Shown here in pieces: positions 8,498 to 18,442 of a DNA stretch of 64,000 nucleotides (position 1 is the stretch's first letter; each line of letters starts with the position of its first letter). The stretch comes from Berkelbacteria bacterium GW2011_GWE1_39_12 (GTDB taxonomy: Bacteria > Patescibacteriota > UBA1384 > UBA12157). The notes below the pieces were generated by a model. It made no database searches. It saw nothing but the letters and a program-made list of their open reading frames with translations, and was not told where the DNA came from. Location of the stretch: NCBI GenBank assembly GCA_001029735.1, contig CP011213.1, positions 268,087 to 332,086 of the forward strand, written 5' to 3'. The position numbers and the translations under genes were made by a program.

Positions 8498-8770
8498 TTA
8501 CTTAACAGAAATAAAAGACTTTTGAATTTTCATACCAGAAAAACGTTTGACTGCTTTTTTCTCGAAAGAAACAGTCCCCGCTTTTTTGGCATATAGAGTA
8601 TCATCTTCGCCTTGACCGACGTTTTCACCAGCATAGAACTTACTGCCGCGTTGTCGAATCAAAATCTGGCCAGCGAGGGTTTTTGCGCCACCAAAAATCT
8701 TAACGCCTAAGCGCTTTGCCTGACTATCGCGACCTAATTTAGATGTACCCTTGGCTTTTGTATGTGCCAT
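8498..8770 (-). CDS. rpmA: 50S ribosomal protein L27
   Basis: [28 protein letters not shown]...QRG..F..G.NVG.G.DDTL.A matches L27. Start at MAH. Confidence 0.9.
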   Translation of the reverse strand: MAHTKAKGTSKLGRDSQAKRLGVKIFGGAKTLAGQILIRQRGSKFYAGENVGQGEDDTLYAKKAGTVSFEKKAVKRFSGMKIQKSFISVK

Positions 8771-8953
8771 ATTGAACTCCAAACTCGTAATCCGCCAAAC
8801 GGCGAAATTTATAAATATTTTTTAGAAAAAACTCACAAACGATATCTCAATTAAATCATATTTGCCCTCTGTTGTCAAGAAATAGTAAATCTTATTTACC
8901 CATGTTAATATATTCATATACGTTATGCCAAATAAATACATCGCTAATTTTTT

Positions 8954-11900
8954 ATGAAAAATTTCGTTCACCTTCATGTTCACTCTCATTATTCTTTATT
9001 AGATGGTCTGGGAAAAATCCCCGATCTAGTTTCGCGTGCCAAAGAAATGGGTATGGATACCTTGGCGTTAACAGATCACGGCGTCATGTATGGGGCAATC
9101 GAATTTTATCAAGAATGTAAAAAACAGGACATAAAGCCAATTATCGGTGTGGAAATCTATGTTTCTCCTCGAAAAATGACCGATAAAGAACCGGGGATAG
9201 ATAAAACGCCTTATCATTTAGTTCTATTAGCCCAAAACGAAGCAGGCTATTTGAACTTACTTAAAATTACAACTGCCGCTCATCTTGAAGGATATTATTA
9301 CAAACCGCGTGTCGATAAAGCATATTTAAAAAAACATTCCGAAGGATTAATTGCCACAACCGCTTGTTTGGGCGGGGAAATCCCATCGCACGCTAAAAAC
9401 GGCAACATAAAAGCCGCTGAAGATGCCCTTTTAGAATATTTAGAGATTTTCGACAAAGATCATTTTTATCTTGAGTTACAAGATCATCCGAAAATTCCTG
9501 AACAAAAAAAGGCCAACAAGATTTTAATTCATTTAGCCGAAAAGCATGGCATCGGACTCATTGCTACTAATGACGTTCACTATATAAATAAAGACGACGC
9601 CGAAGCTCAAGATGTTTTGCTTTGCATTCAAACCGGTAAATTCCTCTCCGATACCAACCGCATGAGCATGACTGCCGGCGGAGAATTTATTGATATTTCC
9701 TTCCGGTCACCGGAAGAAATGATTGAAACTTTTAAAGAAACGCCTGAAGCCATAACAAATACCGTTAAAATTGCCGAGAGCTGCAATTTAGAAATTGAAC
9801 TAGGCAAATTTAAATTTCCACCTTTTCCCCTACCGGAAGGCGAAACTTACGAAACTTATTTAAGAAAGCTAATTGATGAAAGATTACCAAAAGTCGTCGA
9901 TGTAGTCACGCCGGAAATGAAAGAGAGAATTGATTATGAGTTCGGTGTCATCAAAGATAAGGGCTATCTGGGTTATTTCTTAATTGTTCAGGATTTTTTT
10001 CACTGGGCCAAGGAACATGAAATTCCAACTAATACCAGAGGTTCGGCCGCCGGTTGTTGCGTTTCGTTTGCCTTAGGGATCACTGCACCAAAATTAAATC
10101 CGCTAGATTTCAACTTGCCGTTCGAACGTTTTTTAAACCCTTTTCGCCCATCTGCACCTGATATTGATATTGATATCGCTGACTCAGGCCGTGATGATTT
10201 GATTGCTTATGTGACGGAAAAGTATGGCGCCGACCGTGTCGCTCAAATCTGTACTTTTGGAACAATGGCGGCAAAAGCCGCGATTCGTGATGTCGCCCGT
10301 GTCTTGGGTTTCCCTTATGATTTTGGTGATTATTTAAGCAAGCTAATTCCCCTTTCGACCCAAACTCACTATATCGGCATCAAAGACTCAATAAATTTGG
10401 TTGCAGAATTAAAAAGTAAATACGAAACTGATCCAGACACCAGACGAACTCTTGATCTAGCCGCCAGACTTGAAGGCTGTGCTCGACACGCTTCGGTTCA
10501 TGCCGCTGGCATCGTGATCGCTCCTGAAGAAATTACTAATTTTACGCCGCTAATGCGTGATAACAAGGGTGGCCGAATTGTCACACAGTACGAAATGCAT
10601 GCTGTCGGCGAAGATGGCGTTGGCTTAATTAAAATGGACTTTTTGGGCTTAGCCAACCTTACAATTATTCAAAATGTTTTGAAAATTATTAAAAAAACTC
10701 GCAATATCGATTTGAATTTAGACGATATTCCGATTGATGATCCAAAGGCATTCGAACTTTTAGCTCGAGGCGAAACGATTGGCGTTTTTCAGCTTGAGTC
10801 TGAAGGCATGCGCAAATATATTAAAGAATTAAAGCCGACTACCATTTTCGATATTATGGCCATGGTCGCGCTTTACCGCCCTGGTCCGATGGCTTTTATT
10901 CCTGAGTATATTATGCGAAAAAGAAATCCGGCGCGTATTAAGTATTTGGATCCACGCATGGAAAAAATTCTAAAAAACTCCTTAGGTCTAATTGTTTATC
11001 AAGATGACGTTTTGATGATCGCCATCGAATTGGCAGGCTACAACTGGCAAGAAGTCGACAAATTCCGTAAAGCTATTGGTAAAAAAATCGTCAAAGAAAT
11101 GTCCGCCCAAAAAGAAAAGTTTTTCTCCCAAATCATTGAGCGCGGGATGAAAGAAGAAATCGCCATCGATCTTTGGACTCAAATCGAAACTTTCGCCGGC
11201 TATGGTTTTAACAAATCACACGCTGCCAGTTATGGTTTAGTCGCCTATCAAACCGCATATTTGAAATCTCATTTCCCGTCCGAATACATGGCGGCGCTAC
11301 TTACTTCAGAACAAGCAAGAGACTTAGACAAAGTCGCTTTTGCTTTACAAGAAACTAAGAGAATGAATATTGCCGTACTTCCGCCAGACGTAAATAAATC
11401 CTTTGTCGATTTCGGCGTTATTCCAGAAACTTGGGAAATTAGTTACGCTTTGGCATCAATTAAAAATGTGGGTAAACAATCCGCCGAAACTATTGTTGAA
11501 GAACGCAAAACTAATGGTTTATTTAAAGATTTTCCTGATTTCCTCCAGAGACTTGGCGGTAAAGTTCTAAATAAAAAAATTATCGAGGCCTTGGCACAAG
11601 CCGGCGCTTTAGACAGCTTAATCGAGCGTAACCGGGTTTTGGTTAATATCGATATTATTCTAAAATCCATTTCTGACCAAAACAAAGCCGCTGCCAATCA
11701 AATGGGGCTTTTCGGAGAGACAGCCTTACCTAAAGCGGAACTTCATTTGATCGATGTCCCTCCCGCCGATAAAAAACAAAAACTTACATGGGAGAAAGAG
11801 TTGTTGGGCATGTATGTTTCCGAACATCCCTTAGAAGGCTTGGAAAGATTATTGATGCAAGCCGGAACACCGATTATCACGTTAAAAGAGAAGAAGAAAG

Positions 11901-12400
11901 ACGATCAGGTCACAATTGCCGGTATGATTACGATGGCTAAAAAGATCACCACTAAAAAAGGTGATCCGATGCTTTTTGCTCAAATCGAGGATCAAACGGG
12001 TAAAATTGAAGCCGTAGTTTTCCCAAGAGTTTTGGAAAAAGATCAGGATAAGTGGGTTGCCGATAAAATCGTGGTAGTTAAAGGACGGATTAGCGACAAA
12101 GACGGCCAGATTAATCTTATTGCTTCATCTATCAATATTTTGGATGAAGATCAAAAAATCGTCGAGACAGCAGAGCCAACCAGACTCTTAATCCATTTGA
12201 GCAAAGATGCCACGAGAGAAAAATTAGCCGAAGTCAAAGAAATTTTGGCTAACTATCCCGGCGAGTTAGCAGTCATCTTAAAGGTAGCGCAAAACGGTGG
12301 ATTTACTGAAGTCCAAACTAAAGCTAAAGTCATGCGCGACTACACAATGTTGCAAAAGCTAAAAGATTTATTACCTAATGGGAAAATTATCTTTGACTAA
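8954..12400 (+). CDS. dnaE: DNA polymerase III alpha subunit
   Basis: N-terminal PHP domain (FVHLHVHSHYSLLDG), polymerase core, OB-fold. 1148 aa. Confidence 0.93.
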   Translation: MKNFVHLHVHSHYSLLDGLGKIPDLVSRAKEMGMDTLALTDHGVMYGAIEFYQECKKQDIKPIIGVEIYVSPRKMTDKEPGIDKTPYHLVLLAQNEAGYLNLLKITTAAHLEGYYYKPRVDKAYLKKHSEGLIATTACLGGEIPSHAKNGNIKAAEDALLEYLEIFDKDHFYLELQDHPKIPEQKKANKILIHLAEKHGIGLIATNDVHYINKDDAEAQDVLLCIQTGKFLSDTNRMSMTAGGEFIDISFRSPEEMIETFKETPEAITNTVKIAESCNLEIELGKFKFPPFPLPEGETYETYLRKLIDERLPKVVDVVTPEMKERIDYEFGVIKDKGYLGYFLIVQDFFHWAKEHEIPTNTRGSAAGCCVSFALGITAPKLNPLDFNLPFERFLNPFRPSAPDIDIDIADSGRDDLIAYVTEKYGADRVAQICTFGTMAAKAAIRDVARVLGFPYDFGDYLSKLIPLSTQTHYIGIKDSINLVAELKSKYETDPDTRRTLDLAARLEGCARHASVHAAGIVIAPEEITNFTPLMRDNKGGRIVTQYEMHAVGEDGVGLIKMDFLGLANLTIIQNVLKIIKKTRNIDLNLDDIPIDDPKAFELLARGETIGVFQLESEGMRKYIKELKPTTIFDIMAMVALYRPGPMAFIPEYIMRKRNPARIKYLDPRMEKILKNSLGLIVYQDDVLMIAIELAGYNWQEVDKFRKAIGKKIVKEMSAQKEKFFSQIIERGMKEEIAIDLWTQIETFAGYGFNKSHAASYGLVAYQTAYLKSHFPSEYMAALLTSEQARDLDKVAFALQETKRMNIAVLPPDVNKSFVDFGVIPETWEISYALASIKNVGKQSAETIVEERKTNGLFKDFPDFLQRLGGKVLNKKIIEALAQAGALDSLIERNRVLVNIDIILKSISDQNKAAANQMGLFGETALPKAELHLIDVPPADKKQKLTWEKELLGMYVSEHPLEGLERLLMQAGTPIITLKEKKKDDQVTIAGMITMAKKITTKKGDPMLFAQIEDQTGKIEAVVFPRVLEKDQDKWVADKIVVVKGRISDKDGQINLIASSINILDEDQKIVETAEPTRLLIHLSKDATREKLAEVKEILANYPGELAVILKVAQNGGFTEVQTKAKVMRDYTMLQKLKDLLPNGKIIFD

Positions 12401-12491
12401 CTGTTTGACAATCTTTTAGATTCAATCTATGGTAAAATTAATTTAGTGATACTATCACAAAAAATAAGTCCATTTGGACAAAAGGAGGTTT

Positions 12492-12833
12492 ATGGAAGAA
12501 CACCACACACCATCTCAAAACAGTCTCGACCCTAAAGTTTCCGCTTTGCTTTGCTACTTAATTGGTTTTGTCGGGGGCATTGTCTTTTACGCTATTAGCA
12601 AAGATAAGTTCGTTCGCTTTCATGCCATGCAATCGATCTTTTTAAGTATAGCCGTAGCCGTAATCTTGGCTCTTCTCTTTGTGATTTCAATTGCTTTGCC
12701 TTTCATCTTTTTATTGACTTGGCTGTTTAATCTTGGCGTTTTCGCTATTTGGATTATCATGATGATCAAATCTTACAGCGGTGAAAAGTACAAGCTTCCT
12801 TTTATCGGTGATATGGCCGAAAAATACGCTTAA
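12492..12833 (+). CDS. small membrane protein, DUF4870-like
   Basis: AAAGGAGG RBS before ATG at 12492. Two TM segments, C-terminal YSGEKYKLPFIGD. Confidence 0.55.
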   Translation: MEEHHTPSQNSLDPKVSALLCYLIGFVGGIVFYAISKDKFVRFHAMQSIFLSIAVAVILALLFVISIALPFIFLLTWLFNLGVFAIWIIMMIKSYSGEKYKLPFIGDMAEKYA

Positions 12834-12929
12834 TTTATTAGTAAAAAAAATACGAAAATTCTCCGATTCAAGAATGTTATAATGTAATCAGATTTTCGTA
12901 TTTTTTTAATTTAAATTAAAAGAGTAAAA

Positions 12930-13157
12930 ATGCAAATAAAAGTTTATTCTACTCCAACCTGTCCGTACTGCGTTCAAGCAAAGCAGTATTTCAAAAGTAG
13001 AAACATCGATTTTGAAGATATTGATGTTTCTCTTGACCATGAAAAAGCCCACGAAATGATTGACCTTTCCGGTCAAATGGGCGTGCCTGTTATCAAAATC
13101 GACAACGATGTAATCGTCGGTTTCGATAAGGCAAAGATCGACCAACATTTAAAATAA
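12930..13157 (+). CDS. glutaredoxin / NrdH-like redoxin
   Basis: CPYC active site at residues 11-14. 75 aa thioredoxin fold. Confidence 0.8.
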   Translation: MQIKVYSTPTCPYCVQAKQYFKSRNIDFEDIDVSLDHEKAHEMIDLSGQMGVPVIKIDNDVIVGFDKAKIDQHLK

Positions 13158-13161
13158 TATT

Positions 13162-13719
13162 TTATTTTTTGAGTGCTCTCTTGCGCATTTCGGATATTTT
13201 GTTATGGACAAAATATGGGTTTTCGATGTTTTTAACCTTAATACAATCTGTATAATCGCCTTCAGTCGTTAACTCAATCGTGCCGTAATTTAATAAACTC
13301 GCCATCGGACCTTCAATCTTGTATGTCATATTGTAGATATTATCCAAATCGACCTCCTGCACGATTCGATTAAACAAAGAACCCTGATAAACGTTGATCA
13401 CTCTTTGATTAGTGATAACAAAAACTGAGTTTTTATAGAGAAAGCCTCGTAAGAATCCGTACAAAATTATGATCAATCCGGCCACCGAAAGAACTATCCA
13501 GCTAGCTAAAGCCGTTTTCCAAACTAAAAAGGTGGCAACGACCGCTCCAGTTAAAATTATTAAAATCAGTCCCGCTTTAGCCAGAACCCAAGGGTGCTGA
13601 TGACGTACCAAAATAATTTCCTCATCACCACGTTGATCCTCTAAATCGTAACCCTCATCATCGATTGGCTCGTCGCTTAGTTCTTCTGAGATATCGGTGA
13701 TCTCTGATTTGTCTGCCAT
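13162..13719 (-). CDS. bacterial PH-domain membrane protein (YdbS/YdbT-like)
   Basis: Two TM helices followed by bPH_2-like domain. GGAGGGG RBS before ATG at 13719. Confidence 0.6.
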   Translation of the reverse strand: MADKSEITDISEELSDEPIDDEGYDLEDQRGDEEIILVRHQHPWVLAKAGLILIILTGAVVATFLVWKTALASWIVLSVAGLIIILYGFLRGFLYKNSVFVITNQRVINVYQGSLFNRIVQEVDLDNIYNMTYKIEGPMASLLNYGTIELTTEGDYTDCIKVKNIENPYFVHNKISEMRKRALKK

Positions 13720-13730
13720 TACCCCTCCAA

Positions 13731-14066
13731 TTAAGCTTGCTTTGTGTGCTGCTCGTTCATCTTGTCCCAATTCCAAGAACGATCTTTATTGTTTTCCATC
13801 TTATCTAAAATACTTTTTTCTATATCAATATCTAAAACACCGCATAGGTGCAAAATTCGCTGAATTGCATCACCTAGCTCTTCTTTGAACCCGTCTTTGC
13901 CATCGATATTCTTATGGCGATAGGCTTCAAATGCTTCTGATACTTCTGAATGTATCAGTGCTATTTTCTCTGCCACATTGATATCTTCCGACTTTGTTCC
14001 GAATCCTTTTTCTTTTGCTTGTTGCATTATAATTTCGGTCAAAACGCGAATCGAAATATTTTCCAT
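13731..14066 (-). CDS. MazG-like nucleoside triphosphate pyrophosphohydrolase (small all-alpha NTP-PPase)
   Basis: EVSEAFEAYR...EELGDAIQRILHL pattern of the MazG/HisE family. Confidence 0.65.
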   Translation of the reverse strand: MENISIRVLTEIIMQQAKEKGFGTKSEDINVAEKIALIHSEVSEAFEAYRHKNIDGKDGFKEELGDAIQRILHLCGVLDIDIEKSILDKMENNKDRSWNWDKMNEQHTKQA

Positions 14067-14161
14067 TTTTTCCTTATTACCACAATTCTGTAAAGAATGG
14101 CAAAATTGTGCCTAAAATTAGTACTGCGATTACTGCAATAAAAAACGCTCGCTGGCATGAT

Positions 14162-15265
14162 TTACTCTTGAACACTCGTCCTCCCTCTTCTCCATTGAAG
14201 AATAAGTAATACAATGATTAATATGGCCATAATTCCCAATAACCAAAATAGCGCTTGAATTTTTTCTTCCGTACCAGAAAGAACTGCCACGACCCCAAAT
14301 GCGGCAGCCGCGAAATACAAGATAACAACTGCCTGACGCTGAGAAAAACCAATTGCCAATAACCTGTGATGAAGATGCATTCTATCGGCCACAAACGGCG
14401 ATTTTCCGTGAGTTAAACGGCGTAAGACCACCCAAACGACATCAAGTAACGGTATGCCTAATACCAAAAAAGCAGTGGCTAGTTTTCCACCGGAAATTAC
14501 CGATAACACTCCGAGCATATAACCCAGAAACATGCTGCCGGAATCCCCCATAAAAATTTTGGCCGGATTAAAATTCCAAGGTAAAAAACCAAAAACAGCG
14601 CCTGAAAATATAATCGCAAGTAGCGCTGCCGCCGGCTGGCCTAAAGATAAGCTTAAAAAGAAGATGGCGATGCCGGCTATTAAACTTACACCAGACGCTA
14701 GGCCGTCTAATCCATCTAAGAAGTTCATCGTATTAATCATTAACACAATCCAAAAAACAGTTAACAGATCGCCAAAAACCACAAAGTGATATGTATGTGT
14801 AAATAATGTTATTGGATAAACAAGGTTAGTGAGTTCAACATGTAAGCCACCAGGCAGGCGAATGTAATTCGTACTTACGCCAAACGCCACCACCATCGCC
14901 GCCGCCAAAAAATGTCCGATTAATTTTTGCCAGGGTTTCATCCCGCGTATATCGTCAACGACACCAATAACCAATAAAATCAAAATACCGAGGAGTGCTC
15001 CGAATAATTTTTTATCAAACATAAAAATATGGGCTGAGCCAAAGTTTAAACGGGTTGATACTAAATTATAGCCAATCGCCAAGCACAAAAAAGCCACCAC
15101 AATCGCTACTCCACCCAATCGCGGTGTTGGCGTAGTGTGAACTTTACGAGGTGAAGGAAAATCAGCCCACCCAAATTTTTGCGCCACTTTGATTACCGAA
15201 TAGGTTAAGCCGCCAGAGATTAAGGCTGCAACCACAAAAGGCGCCACATAAAGACTTGTTACCAT
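14162..15265 (-). CDS. MraY/WecA-family polyprenyl-phosphate HexNAc-1-phosphate transferase
   Basis: 10-11 TM helices, DD..GMK, NFLDGLDGLASG, MGDSGSMFLG motifs. No dcw neighbours, so WecA/TagO-like is more likely than MraY. Confidence 0.75.
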   Translation of the reverse strand: MVTSLYVAPFVVAALISGGLTYSVIKVAQKFGWADFPSPRKVHTTPTPRLGGVAIVVAFLCLAIGYNLVSTRLNFGSAHIFMFDKKLFGALLGILILLVIGVVDDIRGMKPWQKLIGHFLAAAMVVAFGVSTNYIRLPGGLHVELTNLVYPITLFTHTYHFVVFGDLLTVFWIVLMINTMNFLDGLDGLASGVSLIAGIAIFFLSLSLGQPAAALLAIIFSGAVFGFLPWNFNPAKIFMGDSGSMFLGYMLGVLSVISGGKLATAFLVLGIPLLDVVWVVLRRLTHGKSPFVADRMHLHHRLLAIGFSQRQAVVILYFAAAAFGVVAVLSGTEEKIQALFWLLGIMAILIIVLLILQWRRGRTSVQE

Positions 15266-15278
15266 AATTACTCAATAA

Positions 15279-15872
15279 TTATTTCTTAATTTTTCCCCAA
15301 TTTTTTTCGTACAAAACGGTTTCTGTAACTAGATCGTAATTTAAAATTTCACTTGGCGTAAACCAAATTTTGATTTCTGCTTCCGCTTCATCAGCTGAAC
15401 CTGAAGCATGAACTAAGGTATGAATTGCGCGTTCAATATCGTCAGCCATTTCATAACTTTCAGTGCTGTAGTCGCCACGGATTGAGCCCATATCTGCGAG
15501 CAAAGGATTTGTTGCACCGGCGGTCTTTCTGCCTAATGCACAGGCGTGTGGACCTTCCCAGATCATCAAAATAATCGGGCGGTCAACTAAATGTTCAATC
15601 AAGCGGCGGCGAGTTCTCTTCGCTAAATCGATCGGGCCCATTCCCGGGTCGATTCCTCTGGCCTGGTAATTTTCAAGTGTCTTGGTGCCTGAAGAGACAT
15701 ACCACTCTTCGTCATCGGGATAGTGTTTTTCAACCTGTTCTTTTGTCGGCGCCACCATTTTACTAGCGATTAATTTCAAACCCCGTCTTTCGAATTTTGA
15801 AACGAATTCACCAATCAAATGACGCTGAATTGACTCAGGTTTTATAAAAACAAGTGTGCGTTCTTTCTGCAT
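15279..15872 (-). CDS. ndk: nucleoside diphosphate kinase (with insertion)
   Basis: ERTLVFIKPESIQRHLIGE..FE..G...ASKM motif. Active-site region ...NP...SIRGDY. GAGGAGAG RBS before ATG at 15872. Confidence 0.8.
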   Translation of the reverse strand: MQKERTLVFIKPESIQRHLIGEFVSKFERRGLKLIASKMVAPTKEQVEKHYPDDEEWYVSSGTKTLENYQARGIDPGMGPIDLAKRTRRRLIEHLVDRPIILMIWEGPHACALGRKTAGATNPLLADMGSIRGDYSTESYEMADDIERAIHTLVHASGSADEAEAEIKIWFTPSEILNYDLVTETVLYEKNWGKIKK

Positions 15873-15997
15873 TTCTCTCCTCGTCAGAAATCGCTGAAGG
15901 GATGTATTTTGCGAAGGCCGGCGTCCCGAATGAAATTCGAGACAGGGCTTGGCGTGGGAGGCCGAAAGCAAAAGATATCTCGAGGCGATTTCGTTTT

Positions 15998-17284
15998 TTA
16001 TTTAAACTTTTTTAATAAACTCATAAATTTTTCTTCGCCAACTGGCGAATTCTCAAATGGTCCAATGATCGCTAAATTCAAATTCTCCGGTTTCATAAAC
16101 TCATTGGCCAAATTCTTCACATCTTCCTTGGTCACTTTCTGCGTTTGCGCTACGACTTGATCTGGATCATCGATTTTATTCCAGAACATTTCCTGCTCGG
16201 CTAAGAAATGGGCCACTGACATCGATTCTTCTAACCCTAAATATAAATGCCCCTTCATATTTTCTTTAGCCCGTGTCAATTCTTCGTCGGTTATATCTTC
16301 AGTTTTGAGTCTTTCAAACTCTTTCAAAATAACTTCGATCGCCTCTTCGATTCTTTTAATATCAACTCCGGCGCCTACATACCAGAAACCAGTGTCGATA
16401 TAATCCGCCATATCTGACGAAACATAATAGCAAAGACCGCGCTTCTCCCTCACTTCAATAAACAGTCGCGAAGACATTGTTCCGCCCATTAAATTGTTCA
16501 AAACTTTCAAAATTGGACGGCGAGAATCTGTTCTTTTTATCGCCCGAAAACCCAACATAAAATGAGCCTGGTCAGTCTTCTTTTCTTCGATTTTAATCTT
16601 GGGTTCTGTTTGAGCTTCTGTTACTTTTTCTTCGACGACCGTACCCATTTTTGGTAAAGCGCCGAAAACTTTTTCAATTTTCTCATTCCAGGCTTCCCCA
16701 TTACTTCCTGCTGCCACAACGACAATATTTTCCGGGTGGTAAAATTTATTTTTAAATTCAACAAACGTATTGCGATCGAATTTTGTCACAGTCCCCGGCA
16801 CGCCAGTGATCATTCGACCCAACGGCGTGTCACCGTATAGCAGATCCTTCATCACATATTCAATCTGTGCCTGCGGCACATCTTTAATCATGTTTATTTC
16901 TTCTAAAATCACGCCTTTTTCCTTGGTGATCTCCGTTTCGTCAAATTTTGAATGAAGCAACATATCGGATAAAACATCCAGCGCCATATCAAAATGAGAA
17001 CTTTCAGCACGGATATAGAAGCCAGTGTATTCTTCCCCTGTAAAAGCGTTAAAACCTGCCCCAACGGAATCTAACTCTCGAGCAATATCCACTGTATTCG
17101 GACGTTTGTCTGTGCCTTTAAAAAACATGTGTTCTAGAAAATGCGCAATACCATTATTTTCTTTATTTTCGAATCTGGAACCGGTACCAACTAAAATAAA
17201 AAGACTAACCGCTTTGGTATTTTTAAGTGGGGCCGTAATTACTCTTAAACCATTGTCCAGTTTTTTGATTGAATAATCTAACAT
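15998..17284 (-). CDS. M16 family zinc peptidase (insulinase-like)
   Basis: Inverted zincin motif GIAHFLEHMFFKGT (HxxEH), length 428 aa. Confidence 0.85.
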   Translation of the reverse strand: MLDYSIKKLDNGLRVITAPLKNTKAVSLFILVGTGSRFENKENNGIAHFLEHMFFKGTDKRPNTVDIARELDSVGAGFNAFTGEEYTGFYIRAESSHFDMALDVLSDMLLHSKFDETEITKEKGVILEEINMIKDVPQAQIEYVMKDLLYGDTPLGRMITGVPGTVTKFDRNTFVEFKNKFYHPENIVVVAAGSNGEAWNEKIEKVFGALPKMGTVVEEKVTEAQTEPKIKIEEKKTDQAHFMLGFRAIKRTDSRRPILKVLNNLMGGTMSSRLFIEVREKRGLCYYVSSDMADYIDTGFWYVGAGVDIKRIEEAIEVILKEFERLKTEDITDEELTRAKENMKGHLYLGLEESMSVAHFLAEQEMFWNKIDDPDQVVAQTQKVTKEDVKNLANEFMKPENLNLAIIGPFENSPVGEEKFMSLLKKFK

Positions 17285-17451
17285 TTATATGCTCACATTC
17301 TAAAATATTTTTTGTTCGCATTTTCAATATACCTCAATAAATTTATATTTTCAATCAATAATTTATACAAATATCCTACATGATAACCACCAGCGATGCT
17401 GGTGGTATCTAACCTGCCGGCTAATCACCGGCGAAAAGTATTCTCTTCTCC

Positions 17452-17552
17452 CCTGTCATTCCAGACTGAATGGTAATATCAGATCTGGAATCCAAAAACA
17501 AGGCCATAAACTGGATTCCCGATGTCGGATTACAATCCGACTCGAGAATGAC
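17452..17552. mobile_element. gene-less hairpin element (MITE-like) closed by a ctgtcattc / gaatgacag inverted repeat; related to the TIR modules around the GIY-YIG gene at 62.2-62.6 kb
   Basis: tgtcattccagac..tctggaatcc (17454-17493) parallels tgtcattccggac..tccggaatcc (62563-62600). Internal palindromes ggaatcca..tggattcc and cggatt..aatccg. Confidence 0.45.
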
Positions 17553-17612
17553 AGATTAAATCAATGCTTTAAAACGCACACACCGGCTAAAGCCGGTAGT
17601 ATTTTCTTTTAA

Positions 17613-17651
17613 CAAAAAAAGGCGCTGTTCGTGAGATAAGCGTCTTTTTTT
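17613..17651 (+). terminator. hairpin aggcgc..gcgtct flanked by A7 / T7 (bidirectional-type intrinsic terminator)
   Basis: Read directly. Confidence 0.45.
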
Positions 17652-17737
17652 GCCCTACTTGAGCGAAGGCTGGCTTTTATATTTTCCATCTTATTTTTAG
17701 TGGAGAAATCCGCAGATTTTCAGCTTGGCTGGAAATC

Positions 17738-17884
17738 TTACTTTAAGGCCGAACCTTCACCGTTTTCGATCCCGTTTTCTTGCTGAATAGTTCCGTCGGC
17801 GGATAAAGTGTATTGAATAGCTTCGTCAACTTGTTCAATTTCTTCTAATTGTTCCGCAACCGGTACTCTATTTTCTTGTTCCAT
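17738..17884 (-). CDS. unannotated small acidic protein (48 aa: MEQENRVPVAEQLEEIEQVDEAIQYTLSADGTIQQENGIENGEGSALK)
   Basis: Not in ORF track (<60 aa). AGGAGAGG RBS 4 nt upstream of ATG 17882-17884. Clean frame to TAA. Confidence 0.5.
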   Translation of the reverse strand: MEQENRVPVAEQLEEIEQVDEAIQYTLSADGTIQQENGIENGEGSALK

Positions 17885-18004
17885 TTTCCTCTCCTTTTTT
17901 AAATTTTGTTTTTGTTTTAAGTTTCCTGCCCTTCCTTTTTTTGAGCATTAAACCATTGTAGCAAAATTTTCAGCGATTGTCAAGTATTGAGGTTTTAGGT
18001 ATTT

Positions 18005-18036
18005 GAAAAGGACCGCTCGTATGAACGGTCCTTTTT
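18005..18036 (-). terminator. hairpin aggaccg-ctcgtatgaa-cggtcct with flanking A/T runs
   Basis: 7-bp stem with T5 on plus and A5 on the other side. Lies 3' of the 18049..18165 minus-strand mini-gene. Confidence 0.55.
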
Positions 18037-18048
18037 CGATAGATGAAA

Positions 18049-18165
18049 TTATGATTCTGAGAAAGCTTCGTATTCTGCAACCAATTCTGCCGCAGCCTTA
18101 CCGAATACTACACAGGTTAGCACTACGACGGTGATCAGCGATGTTGAAATTGCCGCTAGTATCAT
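18049..18165 (-). CDS. 38-aa hydrophobic peptide (MILAAISTSLITVVVLTCVVFGKAAAELVAEYEAFSES)
   Basis: GGAGGTG RBS 6 nt before ATG at 18165. Single TM helix, followed by terminator. Not in ORF track. Confidence 0.45.
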   Translation of the reverse strand: MILAAISTSLITVVVLTCVVFGKAAAELVAEYEAFSES

Positions 18166-18331
18166 TGTGTTCACCTCCGTTTCGTCTTCGAATATTCTCT
18201 GTAATGCGGTCTCGGTCCTCACGCCGGGAAATGATTGATCGATAGAGGCAAGTGCCGTAAACTATCAGGCACACCAGTATCGGTATCACCTTCAGGGTTA
18301 CCGGAACAAAGCTCAGATAATATGAAACCAA
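18098..18331 (-). CDS. hypothetical 77-aa TM protein (TTG start). Overlaps the 38-aa peptide gene in another frame
   Basis: GGAGGAGG 7 nt upstream of the TTG. Only one of the two overlapping calls is likely real. Confidence 0.25.
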   Translation of the reverse strand: MVSYYLSFVPVTLKVIPILVCLIVYGTCLYRSIISRREDRDRITENIRRRNGGEHNDTSGNFNIADHRRSANLCSIR

Positions 18332-18442
18332 TACTCTACCTCCTCCATCACCAGATTCTGCTTCCGTAAATGAAGTAAAGTCTGGGATGAAGGACTAACT
18401 TTGAAAGGTTAGTCCTTGTCTCTTAGTTCTTGGTGGGGTTAA

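Noticed and set aside
8872-9120. 82-aa ORF overlapping the dnaE start
   Set aside because: Out-of-frame overlap with the dnaE N-terminal PHP domain, with no RBS.
12906-13148. 80-aa minus-strand ORF
   Set aside because: Antisense to the glutaredoxin-like gene, which has the CPYC motif. Spurious.
17390-17640. Structured non-coding region considered as 6S/SRP/RNase P-type ncRNA
   Set aside because: No conserved motifs of those RNAs were recognisable. The stem modules instead match the TGTCATTCC repeat family flanking the GIY-YIG gene, so a MITE-like element is the more economical explanation.
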